Source: Chondromyces crocatus
Lineage (GTDB): Bacteria; Myxococcota_A; Polyangia; Polyangiales; Polyangiaceae
Direction of reading: 5' to 3'
NCBI RefSeq assembly: GCF_001189295.1
Contig: NZ_CP012159.1
Location: 3,204,973-3,236,972 of the forward strand
Length of the DNA: 32,000 bases
The notes under the pieces are model-generated. The model made no database searches, was not told the origin of the DNA, and was given only the letters and a program-made list of their open reading frames with translations. The stretch's first letter is position 1, and the number at the start of each line of letters is the position of its first letter. This document shows positions 23,542 through 32,000 of this stretch, in pieces. Position numbers and translations under genes: made by a program.

Positions 23542-24207
23542 CTACTTTCGCGGGGGAAGCATGGCGCCGATGACGGCGCCGTACTCGGATGCGTTGCGCG
23601 ACTGGAGCCAGACGCTGCCTTGTCCCTCGAAGGTGCAGACGAGGCCCTCGCCCGACAGCCACGAGGCGATCCAGCCTGCGCCGCTCTTCCCGACCCGGTA
23701 CTGAAGGCTGGAGTCCCAGGCTGCCAGGTGGCCCGTGTCGATCACGAACGACCCGTCCACGCGGACCTCCTCGAGCGCGCCGAACGCGCCGATGACGACC
23801 TGCCCCTGCCCCTGCGTCTCCAGGATGAACAGGCCGGCCCCGGAGAAGAACCCCTTCATGCCGCCCGCGCGCGTTCGCACGTCGACGCCCTGGCTCGACG
23901 CGACGTAAGCGCTGCTCTGCAAGCAGTACTGCCGGTGACCGGCGTCCAGCACCAGCATGTCGCCACAGAGCGGCGTCGCGAACAGCACCTCGCCGTTGCC
24001 ACCCTGGGACGTGAACGTGTTCCGGAAGAACGACTCACCGCCGAACATCCGCTTCAAGCCCGACATGATGCCGCCGGACTGCGTCTGCATCGCCACGTTG
24101 GTGGACATCCCCACCATGGCGCCGCTCTCGGCGAGCACGCTCTCGCCCGGGGCGAGCCAGCACTGCGCGAGGGCCTGGGAAGGTCGATAAAGAAGGTTGA
24201 CCTGCAT
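23542..24207 (-). CDS. AIM24/TIGR00266 family protein, paralogue 2
   Basis: LAPGESVLAESGAMVGM...GGESFFRNTF...SGEGLVCTFEGQGSVWLQSRN. Confidence 0.85.
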   Translation of the reverse strand: MQVNLLYRPSQALAQCWLAPGESVLAESGAMVGMSTNVAMQTQSGGIMSGLKRMFGGESFFRNTFTSQGGNGEVLFATPLCGDMLVLDAGHRQYCLQSSAYVASSQGVDVRTRAGGMKGFFSGAGLFILETQGQGQVVIGAFGALEEVRVDGSFVIDTGHLAAWDSSLQYRVGKSGAGWIASWLSGEGLVCTFEGQGSVWLQSRNASEYGAVIGAMLPPRK

Positions 24208-24230
24208 CGCTTGAATCCTTCGTTCGTCGC

Positions 24231-24926
24231 TCAGGGCGGCAGCATGGGCGTCAACCAGCTCACCAGGGAGCTCGTGTTGCGCGACTGGATCAGGATCCGC
24301 CCCTGGCCCTGGAACTCGCAGACGAGACCCTCACCCGAGGCCACGAAGCCCATCAGCCCCCCGCCCGCGCTCCGGATCTTGAAGTCCAGCGTCGAGTCGA
24401 AGCCGACGATGTGGCCGTTGTCCACGATGTACGTGCCGTTGCAGTACACCTCATCGATCGCGCCGTAGCTCGTCACCCACAGATCCCCCTGGCCGGAGGC
24501 CTCCACGAAGAAGGCGCCCTCCTTCGACAGGATCGCCCGCAAGCCGCCCCAGCGCATCTTCAGGTCCACGTCGCCAGCGCTCGCGAGGTACGAACCCGCG
24601 CTGAACAGCATCGCCTGCCCCTGCAGCGGGATATGCCGGACGTTGCCGCTCAGGGATGGCGCCAGCCACACCCAGCCACCTTGCGGCGACGAGAAGTGGT
24701 TGACGAAGAAGGTCTCTCCTCCGATCACCTTCCGGATGAGCGCGATGAAGATCGCCTTCAGCTTCCCGAAGAAACCCGCGTTTCGCCCCGCGTTGAGCTT
24801 CACGTCCATCTGGAGGCTCGTGGAGCGCGCGACCATGGAGCCAGCCTCGGCGATGATCACCTCGCCCGGGTTGAGCTGGAGCTGAAGCATCGAGAACGAG
24901 GGACCGTACTTGACAATATGCTGCAT
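24231..24926 (-). CDS. AIM24/TIGR00266 family protein, paralogue 1
   Basis: LNPGEVIIAEAGSMVAR...GGETFFVNHF...SGEGLVCEFQGQGRILIQSRN. Confidence 0.85.
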   Translation of the reverse strand: MQHIVKYGPSFSMLQLQLNPGEVIIAEAGSMVARSTSLQMDVKLNAGRNAGFFGKLKAIFIALIRKVIGGETFFVNHFSSPQGGWVWLAPSLSGNVRHIPLQGQAMLFSAGSYLASAGDVDLKMRWGGLRAILSKEGAFFVEASGQGDLWVTSYGAIDEVYCNGTYIVDNGHIVGFDSTLDFKIRSAGGGLMGFVASGEGLVCEFQGQGRILIQSRNTSSLVSWLTPMLPP

Positions 24927-24961
24927 ACCTGACCCTGCTCGGCGAGGGGTATAACGGAGTC

Positions 24962-25759
24962 ATGGCGGAACCGGAAGCGGGAAAGGTAGCTCCTCGGGGC
25001 TTCCATCACAGCGGAAAGCGGGTGCTCGGCGAGTTCCTCCTCCTCCTGGGAGCCATCGCCCTCATCCTCCTCGGGTTGCGAGGTTGTGCGGGATACGCGG
25101 CTGGCGCTCTTCTCGCGCAGGTCCCTGCTTCGGTCGACGCTGCCATCGGCAAGGTCGGCGGCGAAGCCATGCGCGCCCAGCATGGACTCGGGGAGCCACC
25201 CTCGGACGAAGACCGAGCGCGCGCCACGCGTGTCTTCGACGAGCTTCGCGCCCAGCTCACCCCCGAGGAAGCAGCCACCCTCGTGAGCCCCCGTCTCACC
25301 GTCCTCCGGGACACCCAGACCAACGCCTTCGCCTTCCCGGGGGGAGAGGTCTTCGTTCTCACCGGCCTCCTGGATCGCACCCGGGATGACGACGACGCCT
25401 TGCGTGGCGTGATGGCCCACGAACTCGGCCACGCCGTGCGCCGCCATGGCGTCCGCTCGCTGATCCGGAACAGCGTCTACGGCATCGTGCTCGCCTACGT
25501 GCTCGGCGACATCAACGGCATCACCGCCACCCTCATCGGCGGCGCCTCCCAGCTCGACACCCTCAGCTTCAGCCGCGAGATGGAAGAGGACGCCGACAGC
25601 TTCGCCGTCGATCTCCTCCAGCGAACGGGTCACTCCCCCGACGGCCTCGCGCGCTTTCTCGAAGGCCTCGAGTCGCAGCCTGTCCCCGAGATCCTCTCCA
25701 CCCACCCCGCCAGCGCGGCCCGCGCCCGGGAGATCCGCGAGCGCATCAAGAAGCCGTGA
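24962..25759 (+). CDS. M48-family zinc metallopeptidase with an N-terminal TM segment
   Basis: NAFAFPGGEVFVLTGLL, HELGHAVRRH (HExxH), EEDADSFAVDLL and STHPASAARA. TM segment FLLLLGAIALILLGL. Confidence 0.85.
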   Translation: MAEPEAGKVAPRGFHHSGKRVLGEFLLLLGAIALILLGLRGCAGYAAGALLAQVPASVDAAIGKVGGEAMRAQHGLGEPPSDEDRARATRVFDELRAQLTPEEAATLVSPRLTVLRDTQTNAFAFPGGEVFVLTGLLDRTRDDDDALRGVMAHELGHAVRRHGVRSLIRNSVYGIVLAYVLGDINGITATLIGGASQLDTLSFSREMEEDADSFAVDLLQRTGHSPDGLARFLEGLESQPVPEILSTHPASAARAREIRERIKKP

Positions 25760-25832
25760 GCTGAAGGGCCCACGGACCACGCGGCAGCGTGACGGTGGGC
25801 CAACCACGTGGTGCGCACGGCGGCAGAACGCA

Positions 25833-25973
25833 TCACGCCGTGGGCACGGTGCCTCCATCGATGACGAACTCCGTGCCTGTGATCGAGCCCGCGCGCGGGG
25901 ACACCACGAACGCGATGAGGTCGGCGACCTCACGCGGCGTCATGGGGCGTCCGAGCGGGATGCCACCGAAGGT
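25833..25973 (-). pseudogene. 3'-terminal remnant of a short-chain dehydrogenase/reductase (SDR) gene
   Basis: The minus frame reads [46 protein letters not shown], a typical SDR C-terminus. Upstream of it the frame loses all SDR character and reaches a stop. Confidence 0.55.
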
Positions 25974-26055
25974 CGAGTACCACCTGACCGACTGGGGGCA
26001 GTCCCTCTGCCCGGCGCTCGACGAGCTTCGAGAAGCGCCCCGATCGGGTCTCTAG
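25960..26055 (+). pseudogene. 3'-terminal remnant of an HxlR-type transcriptional regulator gene
   Basis: [31 protein letters not shown] matches the HxlR wing and C-terminal helix (PPrVEYsLTe.G.sL.p.l..L). The N-terminal wHTH is absent. Confidence 0.45.
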
Positions 26056-26648
26056 CGGTGCGCTGGCTTGCGCGACTGCGAGACCGCAGGCACCAGCAGG
26101 TCTCCCTCGATGCGTCCGAGCACATCGAGCACCGTCCTGCCTGCGCTGTCGCGCCCCCGCCGCTCCCGCGTGTAGCGATCCGCCGACGCCCCCAGCACCA
26201 CCCCGAGCGACCTTGCCGCGCTGGTGAGCTGCTCGACGAGATCCTCCGCGATGATCTTCTCTCGCTGCGCGGTCGACGTCCCCTTGGGCACCGTCACCGC
26301 GATCATCCCGAGCACGCCTTCGTCTTCGGCGATCAGGCCGAAGGGCGAGCCTTGCAGCCGCAGCAGCGTCAAGCCGGTCTGCGCCGACTGGACCCGGCTC
26401 CGCGCCTCCTCCCGTTCGGCGGCCACCCGCCGCCGCTCTGCGCGCCCTTGCTCCCCTGGCTCCTCCCGGAGCTGCACGCCGATCTCCGCGTGCTCCTCGT
26501 CCAGCCGCTTCACCGTGGCCTGCGCCTCGGCGAGGTCGGCCTCGAGACGCGCCTGGTACTCCTGCGCCACAGCAGCCTCGTCGATCATGTCCCCTGCCTC
26601 GGTCCCCGGACGCGCCCGGAGCGACACCTTGAAAACGGTCCCTACCAT
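26052..26648 (-). CDS. Hypothetical coiled-coil protein, co-oriented with the ABC1 kinase gene
   Basis: ATG at 26648, 11 nt after the upstream stop. Charged helical segment EYQARLEADLAEAQATVKRLDEEHAEIGVQLREE, followed by a globular C-terminal half. Confidence 0.55.
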   Translation of the reverse strand: MVGTVFKVSLRARPGTEAGDMIDEAAVAQEYQARLEADLAEAQATVKRLDEEHAEIGVQLREEPGEQGRAERRRVAAEREEARSRVQSAQTGLTLLRLQGSPFGLIAEDEGVLGMIAVTVPKGTSTAQREKIIAEDLVEQLTSAARSLGVVLGASADRYTRERRGRDSAGRTVLDVLGRIEGDLLVPAVSQSRKPAHR

Positions 26649-26659
26649 GCCCTCATTCC

Positions 26660-28552
26660 TCATGCCCGCCGCGTGAACAGCATGCTCAGCACCAGCAGCG
26701 AAAGCGCTCCACCCGCCCCGTACAGACAGGCCCTCGAGAGCGCCACCTGACCTGCCAGGTGGAGCTGGAGTGCTGCCATCCCCGCTGCGATGCCGAGCGC
26801 CGCGAAGATGAGCTGCTGCACTCCCGCATAGATCAACCCTGCGGCCTGGGAAAGCCCCCGGACCTTCACCTCCGCCTCGCCCCGGTTCGCCCGGGTCAGG
26901 TATTTGCGGAGATCGTCGGGCAGCGTCAGGGCCTTCAGGCCCATGTCCTTCGCGGCTTCCAGGGCGATCTGTGCCCAGTCCCGGTTCCCCAGGACGAACT
27001 CCTGCAGGTACGGACGTACCACCTCGATCGGGTTCAGCTCCGGATCGAGCTGCGTACACAGCCCCGTCAGGAGCAGCAGCGTCCGCTCCAGGAGCACCCA
27101 GTCGCGCGGCACGTGGAACGCCCCCGACAGCTCCTTCAGCCCGATGTTCATCCGCCGCAGATCGATCAAGCTCTCGATGCCCCGCTGCGGATCGATCTTG
27201 ATGTCCTTCAGGTTGAAGCGATCGAGCCGGACCTCCTCCTGGAAGCGCTGGTGGAAGAACTCCACCACCTTCTCGCTCACGTCGAGGTGATCCCCCCGTG
27301 CGAGGAAGCCCATCTTCCGCATCGCCTTGATGATCCGCTCCGTATCGCGCCGGATCACCGCCTCCAGGAACTCCGGGATCCCCTCGCGCGTCTGCGGGCT
27401 CAGCTCGGCCACCGCGCCGAAGTCGAGCAGGATCAGCTCCCCGTTGCGCCCCACCAGCATGTTCCCCGGGTGAGGATCCGCGTGGTAGATCCCGTCGACG
27501 AAGATCATCTGGCAGAACGTCTGCACGATCCGACGCGCCAGCTCCTTCCGGTCCACGCCGAGCGCCTCCAGCGCGGCCAGGTCCCCGACCTTCACCCCCT
27601 CCACGAAGGTCGTGGTCATCACCCGGTGCGTGCAGTACCCCCCCACCGGCTTCGGGAAGCGCACCCGATCCTGCCCGGCGAAGTTCTCGGAGATGCGCAC
27701 GATGTTCGTCGCTTCCAGCGCGAAATCCAGCTCCTCCGAGATCATCGCCCGCACCTGGTGGTAGTAGGCGTCGAGCCCTCGCACCGGCACGAACAGCGAC
27801 ACGATCGTCATGATCCGCCGGATCGTCGCCAGATCGAGCCGCACGATCTCGTCGATGTCGCGGTGCTGCACCTTCACCGCCACGTGCGTCCCGTCCTTCA
27901 GCCAGGCCTCGTGCACCTGCCCCAGGGACGCGCTCGCGATCGGCTCCTCCGCGAACCTGGCGAACAGCTCGGCGACGGGCTTCCCCAGCTCCGCCTGCAC
28001 CCGCGCCTCGATCTCCGCGTACGGCCGCGGAGGCACCTGATCTTGCAGCCCCGTCAGCCCCTCGCGCAGCTCTGCCGGCAAGAAGTTCGCCATGATGCTG
28101 AGGAGCTGCCCCACCTTGATGAACAGCCCCTGCAGCCGCATGATCGTCCGCTCGATGCGCCGCGCGTTGCGCCGATGCACCTCACCCACGCGCGCCTCGG
28201 ACCACGCACGCCCGAACATCCGTGAGAGCAGCGAGAACCACAGGTAGCTCGCCAGCACCGCGAACGTCGTCGCGTACGCCCGCACGAACCGCCCGCTCTG
28301 CGTCGCCTTCTCTCGCACCGAGACGGGCGACGTCTTCCTGCGCTCGGTGAACCCCGGCCCGGCCGGCGCGGCTGGCAAGAACGACGCCGAGGGCGGCCGC
28401 AGGCTGGGCTGCGACGCCCGCTGCGACCCTGGCGCTGGAGGCTCCGTCGATGCCGCTCGCCCGGGATCCAGCTCCACGGGCGGGGGACGAGGCCCGACCT
28501 CAGGCGGTGCCAAACCGGGGCTCGACGGTTCTGGGGCGGCGCTGAGGGTCAC
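26660..28552 (-). CDS. ABC1/AarF/UbiB-family atypical kinase with C-terminal TM segments
   Basis: FIKVGQLLS...PIASASLGQVHEAWLKDGTHVAVKVQ...GIYHADPHPGNMLV...ILLDFGAV. C-terminal hydrophobic helices. Confidence 0.85.
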   Translation of the reverse strand: MTLSAAPEPSSPGLAPPEVGPRPPPVELDPGRAASTEPPAPGSQRASQPSLRPPSASFLPAAPAGPGFTERRKTSPVSVREKATQSGRFVRAYATTFAVLASYLWFSLLSRMFGRAWSEARVGEVHRRNARRIERTIMRLQGLFIKVGQLLSIMANFLPAELREGLTGLQDQVPPRPYAEIEARVQAELGKPVAELFARFAEEPIASASLGQVHEAWLKDGTHVAVKVQHRDIDEIVRLDLATIRRIMTIVSLFVPVRGLDAYYHQVRAMISEELDFALEATNIVRISENFAGQDRVRFPKPVGGYCTHRVMTTTFVEGVKVGDLAALEALGVDRKELARRIVQTFCQMIFVDGIYHADPHPGNMLVGRNGELILLDFGAVAELSPQTREGIPEFLEAVIRRDTERIIKAMRKMGFLARGDHLDVSEKVVEFFHQRFQEEVRLDRFNLKDIKIDPQRGIESLIDLRRMNIGLKELSGAFHVPRDWVLLERTLLLLTGLCTQLDPELNPIEVVRPYLQEFVLGNRDWAQIALEAAKDMGLKALTLPDDLRKYLTRANRGEAEVKVRGLSQAAGLIYAGVQQLIFAALGIAAGMAALQLHLAGQVALSRACLYGAGGALSLLVLSMLFTRRA

Positions 28553-28659
28553 GGCGGGAGCTTACCATCGGTGCGCAGGGCAACGCCGAGACCCTGCACC
28601 TCCTCGCGTACGTCACAGACGAGCCGGTATGCCGGCGGACAGCCCACGCCTCCGGCGGC

Positions 28660-30048
28660 CTACTTCACCCCCAGCGCGGCCGCTCGCGCCTTGGCCTTCT
28701 CGTGGAGCGAGAGACGCGCCTTCGTCCGCGCCTCGATGAACGCCACGAGACCCTCCTCCAGCTTCTGCTTCGTTTCGGCGCAGTCCTTCTGCGCCTTCGT
28801 CTCGTACTTCTTCGGGATGGCGGAGAGCTTGCCTCGCTTCCGGTCGTACGACTCCGGCGACGCCTCGATCTTCTCCCCCTCCTTCCGGCCCTCGCCCCAC
28901 GCCTTGTTCACGCACTGGAACCAGGCGTCGTCGAGCGCCTCGATGTCCTTCCCCACCTGCGCCGGGACCGCGTTTCCCTTGGCGAAGCCGCGGATCGAGT
29001 CCACGTCCACCAGCGCGTGCTGCACCGGCGCCGGCCACTGCGCGAGCGCACCAGCCCCGGGTATCACCGGCAGCCCCTGCTCGGCGACATCGTTCGGGAT
29101 GCTGATCACGTAACGACCCCCATCGAGCGACACGAACACCACCGTCCCACCGCTCACCATCCACACCACCCCGGGCGTCCCCTCCGCGAGTGGCGGCGGC
29201 CACCCCGTGAGCAGGTGCGTCCGGAGCCGGCTCGGCTCCCCGAACGCCACCCGCGCCCGCAGCTGACCCCCGTGCTTCGCCAGCCCCTTGCCGGCCTTGT
29301 CCCAGGGATCGTCCGACGCGTAGCCATCGATCCGACCGCCGAGCCCCTGCTGCACGTTCCCGATGTACTCCGACGCTGGCGCCCACCGCGCTGCTGCCGC
29401 CCCCTTCGCGCTCACCCGCACCAGCATCGAGGCGTCGATCGCCCCGAGCGCCTCCTCGATCTTCGCCAGGTTCCCCGACTCCTCGGGGAGGAACTTCGGC
29501 AGCCGCGCCCGCACCGACAGGGCCTCGAGCTGCTCACCTGCCTTCTCGTACGCCGACTTCTCGGGAGGCGGCGTCGCGCTCCCTCGCTGCGTGGGGGCGC
29601 CGAGCGGATCGGCCTCCGCATCTCGGCTGAGCGGCGTGGCCACACTGCGCAGGTGACGCACCGTCGCGTTGGCACGCGCCTCGGGCCGGATGAACCAGAG
29701 CGCCCCGTCCGTGCCGAGGAAGAACCAGTGCTGCCCCCCCGGCCCGTTCAGCCAGTGACCGGCGACCTCGCCCGCGTCCCTCGCCTCCTCCACGAACAGC
29801 TCCACCACGTCCTTCTCGCGATCGTGCTGCACCTTCGGCAGCTCTCCCGTCCGATCGAGCACGATGGCCACGAACCCATCCGGGCTCGAGAAGTGCCCCA
29901 ACCGGAAGGGCGGGATCTTCTCGTCGCGCTTCTTGGTGACGGCCGCGCCCTCGTGGGCCGACTGCGGCGGCGGAGCGCTCGCGGTCGACTCACACCCGAT
30001 GGACCCGAGGAGCGCGAAAGCAAAAGGAACCCAGCACGATGTCCGCAT
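28660..30048 (-). CDS. Secreted lipoprotein, hypothetical
   Basis: From ATG 30048: MRTSCWVPFAFALLGSIGCES (lipobox). The upstream extension to 30249 has no signal peptide and would overlap the divergent gene's promoter region. Confidence 0.7.
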   Translation of the reverse strand: MRTSCWVPFAFALLGSIGCESTASAPPPQSAHEGAAVTKKRDEKIPPFRLGHFSSPDGFVAIVLDRTGELPKVQHDREKDVVELFVEEARDAGEVAGHWLNGPGGQHWFFLGTDGALWFIRPEARANATVRHLRSVATPLSRDAEADPLGAPTQRGSATPPPEKSAYEKAGEQLEALSVRARLPKFLPEESGNLAKIEEALGAIDASMLVRVSAKGAAAARWAPASEYIGNVQQGLGGRIDGYASDDPWDKAGKGLAKHGGQLRARVAFGEPSRLRTHLLTGWPPPLAEGTPGVVWMVSGGTVVFVSLDGGRYVISIPNDVAEQGLPVIPGAGALAQWPAPVQHALVDVDSIRGFAKGNAVPAQVGKDIEALDDAWFQCVNKAWGEGRKEGEKIEASPESYDRKRGKLSAIPKKYETKAQKDCAETKQKLEEGLVAFIEARTKARLSLHEKAKARAAALGVK

Positions 30049-30211
30049 CGCCGGGGAGCCTACCACCCTCGCGTCGACTCCGGACGCCCCCCGAGCGAAG
30101 ACCGAGCGCCACGTTCGACGGTGGCCGACCCCTCGATCCAGGGGTGACCCACGCGCCGAACCCGTGTCCCACGCTGGACGATGCCCGCCCTTGCAGGCAT
30201 CGTCGTCGCGC

Positions 30212-31063
30212 ATGAAGCTCAAGGCCATCGCCACCGAGAACCTCGCCATCTACCAGCGTGGTTCCTACGAGGCCCCCTCCGGTCGCACCGTACGCATCGG
30301 CAAGGAGGTGAGCACCGCCGTCGAACGCACCGTGCTCCACCGTCCTGGCACCCTCGACGACTGGACGCCCACGGCGCGCCGCGACGCACCCCCGCGCATC
30401 GAGGTCACCGACGAGACCACCGGCGCTGCCGGCCGACGCCTCGTCGAGCAGGAAGGCGAAGCGCGCGTCCTCGCCCTCAACTTCGCCTCCGCGAAGAACC
30501 CTGGCGGTGGCTTCATCAACGGCGCCAAGGCCCAGGAAGAGGACCTCGCCCGCTGCTCCGCCCTCTACCCCTGCCTCATCGAACAGCGCGAGTACTACAC
30601 CCGCAACCGCGGCTTCGGCTCCTTCCTGTACACCGACCACCTCGTCTACTCACCGGACGTCCCCTTCTTCCGGGACGAGCGCTACGAGCTTCTGGAGCAG
30701 CCCTTCGCTCTCTCCCTCCTCACCGCCCCGGCGCCGAACGCTGGCGAAGCCCGCCGCCAGGAGCGCGCCTCGCCGACGGCCATCCGCAGCACCCTCGATC
30801 GCCGCGCCGAACTCGTCCTCGCCGCAGCGGGCCACCACGACCACCGCTGCGTGATCCTCGGCGCCTGGGGTTGCGGCGTCTTCCGCAACAGCCCCGAAGA
30901 CGTCGCCGCGGCCTTCGCCCAGACCCTCGCGCTGGCCCGGTTCCAGGGCGCCTTCGATCGCATCGTCTTCGCCGTCTACGACCGCGGTCGCGATCAGCCG
31001 AACCTGCGTGCCTTCGAACGCCAGTTCGGGCGAGCTTCCACCCTCGCTCCCTCGCCTCGGTGA
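30212..31063 (+). CDS. TIGR02452-family macrodomain-like protein (bacterial PARG-like)
   Basis: From ATG 30212: VLALNFASAKNPGGGFINGAKAQEEDLARCSALYPCL...ILGAWGCGVFRN...IVFAVYD. Confidence 0.75.
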   Translation: MKLKAIATENLAIYQRGSYEAPSGRTVRIGKEVSTAVERTVLHRPGTLDDWTPTARRDAPPRIEVTDETTGAAGRRLVEQEGEARVLALNFASAKNPGGGFINGAKAQEEDLARCSALYPCLIEQREYYTRNRGFGSFLYTDHLVYSPDVPFFRDERYELLEQPFALSLLTAPAPNAGEARRQERASPTAIRSTLDRRAELVLAAAGHHDHRCVILGAWGCGVFRNSPEDVAAAFAQTLALARFQGAFDRIVFAVYDRGRDQPNLRAFERQFGRASTLAPSPR

Positions 31064-31151
31064 CGACGACGCTCCGCCGGAGCCAGAGCCCGAGCGCGTC
31101 TCAGCCAGACCCCCGAGCCCGAGAGCGTCTCCGCCGGACCCCGAGCACCGC

Positions 31152-32000
31152 TCACCCAGAGCCAGAGCCGACGGTGGGCGCCTGGCTCGACGCGGAAGGA
31201 CCCGTCGCCGACGCGCGCCGCACCGACTGCGCCGCCTCTTGCGCCAGCACACTCGACGTCAGCGAGCCCGAACCTCGCTCCACCACCCGCCGCTGCTCGT
31301 ACCAGGGCGTCGCCTGCCGGCGCAGCCACCAGAAGGTCCCCAGCGCTGCCAGGGCGGCGGCATGACCGAGCAGACCCGGCCCCCTCGGCAGCGCGGGCCG
31401 AGTCCCCACCTGGTGGATCTCGGGTGACGACGGCACGACCAGGAAAGGGACCGACTTCAGCGCCCCGGTCCGGCGCGTCGCCTCCTCCCACAGAGGCTTG
31501 GGCACCTCGTCGGAGAGGCCGTACGCGCGTCCCGCCTCGTCCTGCATGCGCGCGTGGAGCCGGTAGTGCACCCGCCCGCCGTGGCGTGAGGCCGTCGTGT
31601 ACACCTGCTGCCCCACGATGTCGGCACTCACCACCACCCCGGCGATCTGGAGCGCGTGGTACGACCGGTAGGCCACGCCTTGCACCAGGGCCAGCGTCAG
31701 CCCCAGCAACGAAGCGGCGCGCCCGTACCACCGCGCCCACGCCTCGTGACCGGCGCTCAGCCCGCCCACCGCGATCAGCAGCGACTCCGTGCGCCCACCG
31801 CGCAGCACCATCGACGTCGGCGCCGTGCCTCCCCGGTAGACACCCTCCGTCCTGCGCCCCGACCGATTCCAGAGCAGCACCCCATCGACCCGCACCTGCT
31901 GCCCTGCCGAAAGCTCCGCGGAACGCTCTCGCTCCGTGCCGGTGAACAGACGGATCTGCAGCGCGTCGACGTAGATCACCCGCTCGTCGAGCAGCACCCG
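31152..32000 (-). CDS. Hypothetical membrane protein (may be partial at the window edge)
   Basis: The ORF is open to within 3 nt of the window end (GTG at 31997). It has hydrophobic segments LLIAVGGLSAG, LLGLTLALVQGV and LLGHAAALAALGTFWW. Confidence 0.5.
   Translation of the reverse strand, partial: RVLLDERVIYVDALQIRLFTGTERERSAELSAGQQVRVDGVLLWNRSGRRTEGVYRGGTAPTSMVLRGGRTESLLIAVGGLSAGHEAWARWYGRAASLLGLTLALVQGVAYRSYHALQIAGVVVSADIVGQQVYTTASRHGGRVHYRLHARMQDEAGRAYGLSDEVPKPLWEEATRRTGALKSVPFLVVPSSPEIHQVGTRPALPRGPGLLGHAAALAALGTFWWLRRQATPWYEQRRVVERGSGSLTSSVLAQEAAQSVRRASATGPSASSQAPTVGSGSG

Noticed and set aside
24857-25933. 358-aa minus-strand ORF overlapping the M48 peptidase gene
   Set aside because: The plus-strand frame carries the HExxH and other M48 motifs. 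The antisense product has no recognisable features.
26759-30147. Long plus-strand ORFs 26759-28225 and 28702-30147
   Set aside because: They lie antisense to the ABC1 kinase and lipoprotein genes, which have clear motifs. Their composition is again R/P/H/L-rich shadow sequence.

Overview
High-G+C bacterial chromosome segment; gene content suggests Myxococcota, but that is a low-confidence inference. It has two parts.

(1) Positions 1 to ~15890 are a temperate-phage-like integrative element. It abuts the 3' end of the tmRNA gene ssrA (15891-16235, minus strand, tag ANDNAYALAA). Leftward (minus-strand) genes are excisionase, tyrosine integrase, a DnaB-N-terminal-domain-only protein, a wHTH protein, two paralogous proteins of an unknown family, two tandem ECF-like sigma factors, a ~730-nt non-coding block with helically phased GGTTCG iterons, duplicated lower-G+C lipoprotein morons (plus strand), and terminase-like genes that run off the left edge. 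A CI/Cro-type switch with CTGTCAG operators sits at 10.8-10.96 kb. It drives a tightly coupled rightward operon: cro-like, HAD phosphatase, PurZ-like adenylosuccinate-synthetase homologue, an all-alpha-domain::dUTPase fusion, a hypothetical protein, two paralogous HTH proteins, and a RepA-like P-loop ATPase.

(2) Positions 16.3-32 kb are ordinary host genes. These are a SnoaL-like protein, lipoproteins, a metzincin-type protease, an SGNH hydrolase, a double-FHA membrane protein, three tandem AIM24/TIGR00266 paralogues divergent from an M48 peptidase, SDR/HxlR gene remnants, an ABC1/UbiB-family kinase, a PARG-like TIGR02452 protein and a partial membrane protein.

The most interesting item is the HAD / PurZ-like / NTP-PPase-like::dUTPase module. 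It may be a non-canonical 2-aminoadenine (Z-base) or purine-pool-rewiring cluster. No CRISPR array, rRNA or tRNA gene was found. All family assignments come from motif recognition by eye, with no database search.
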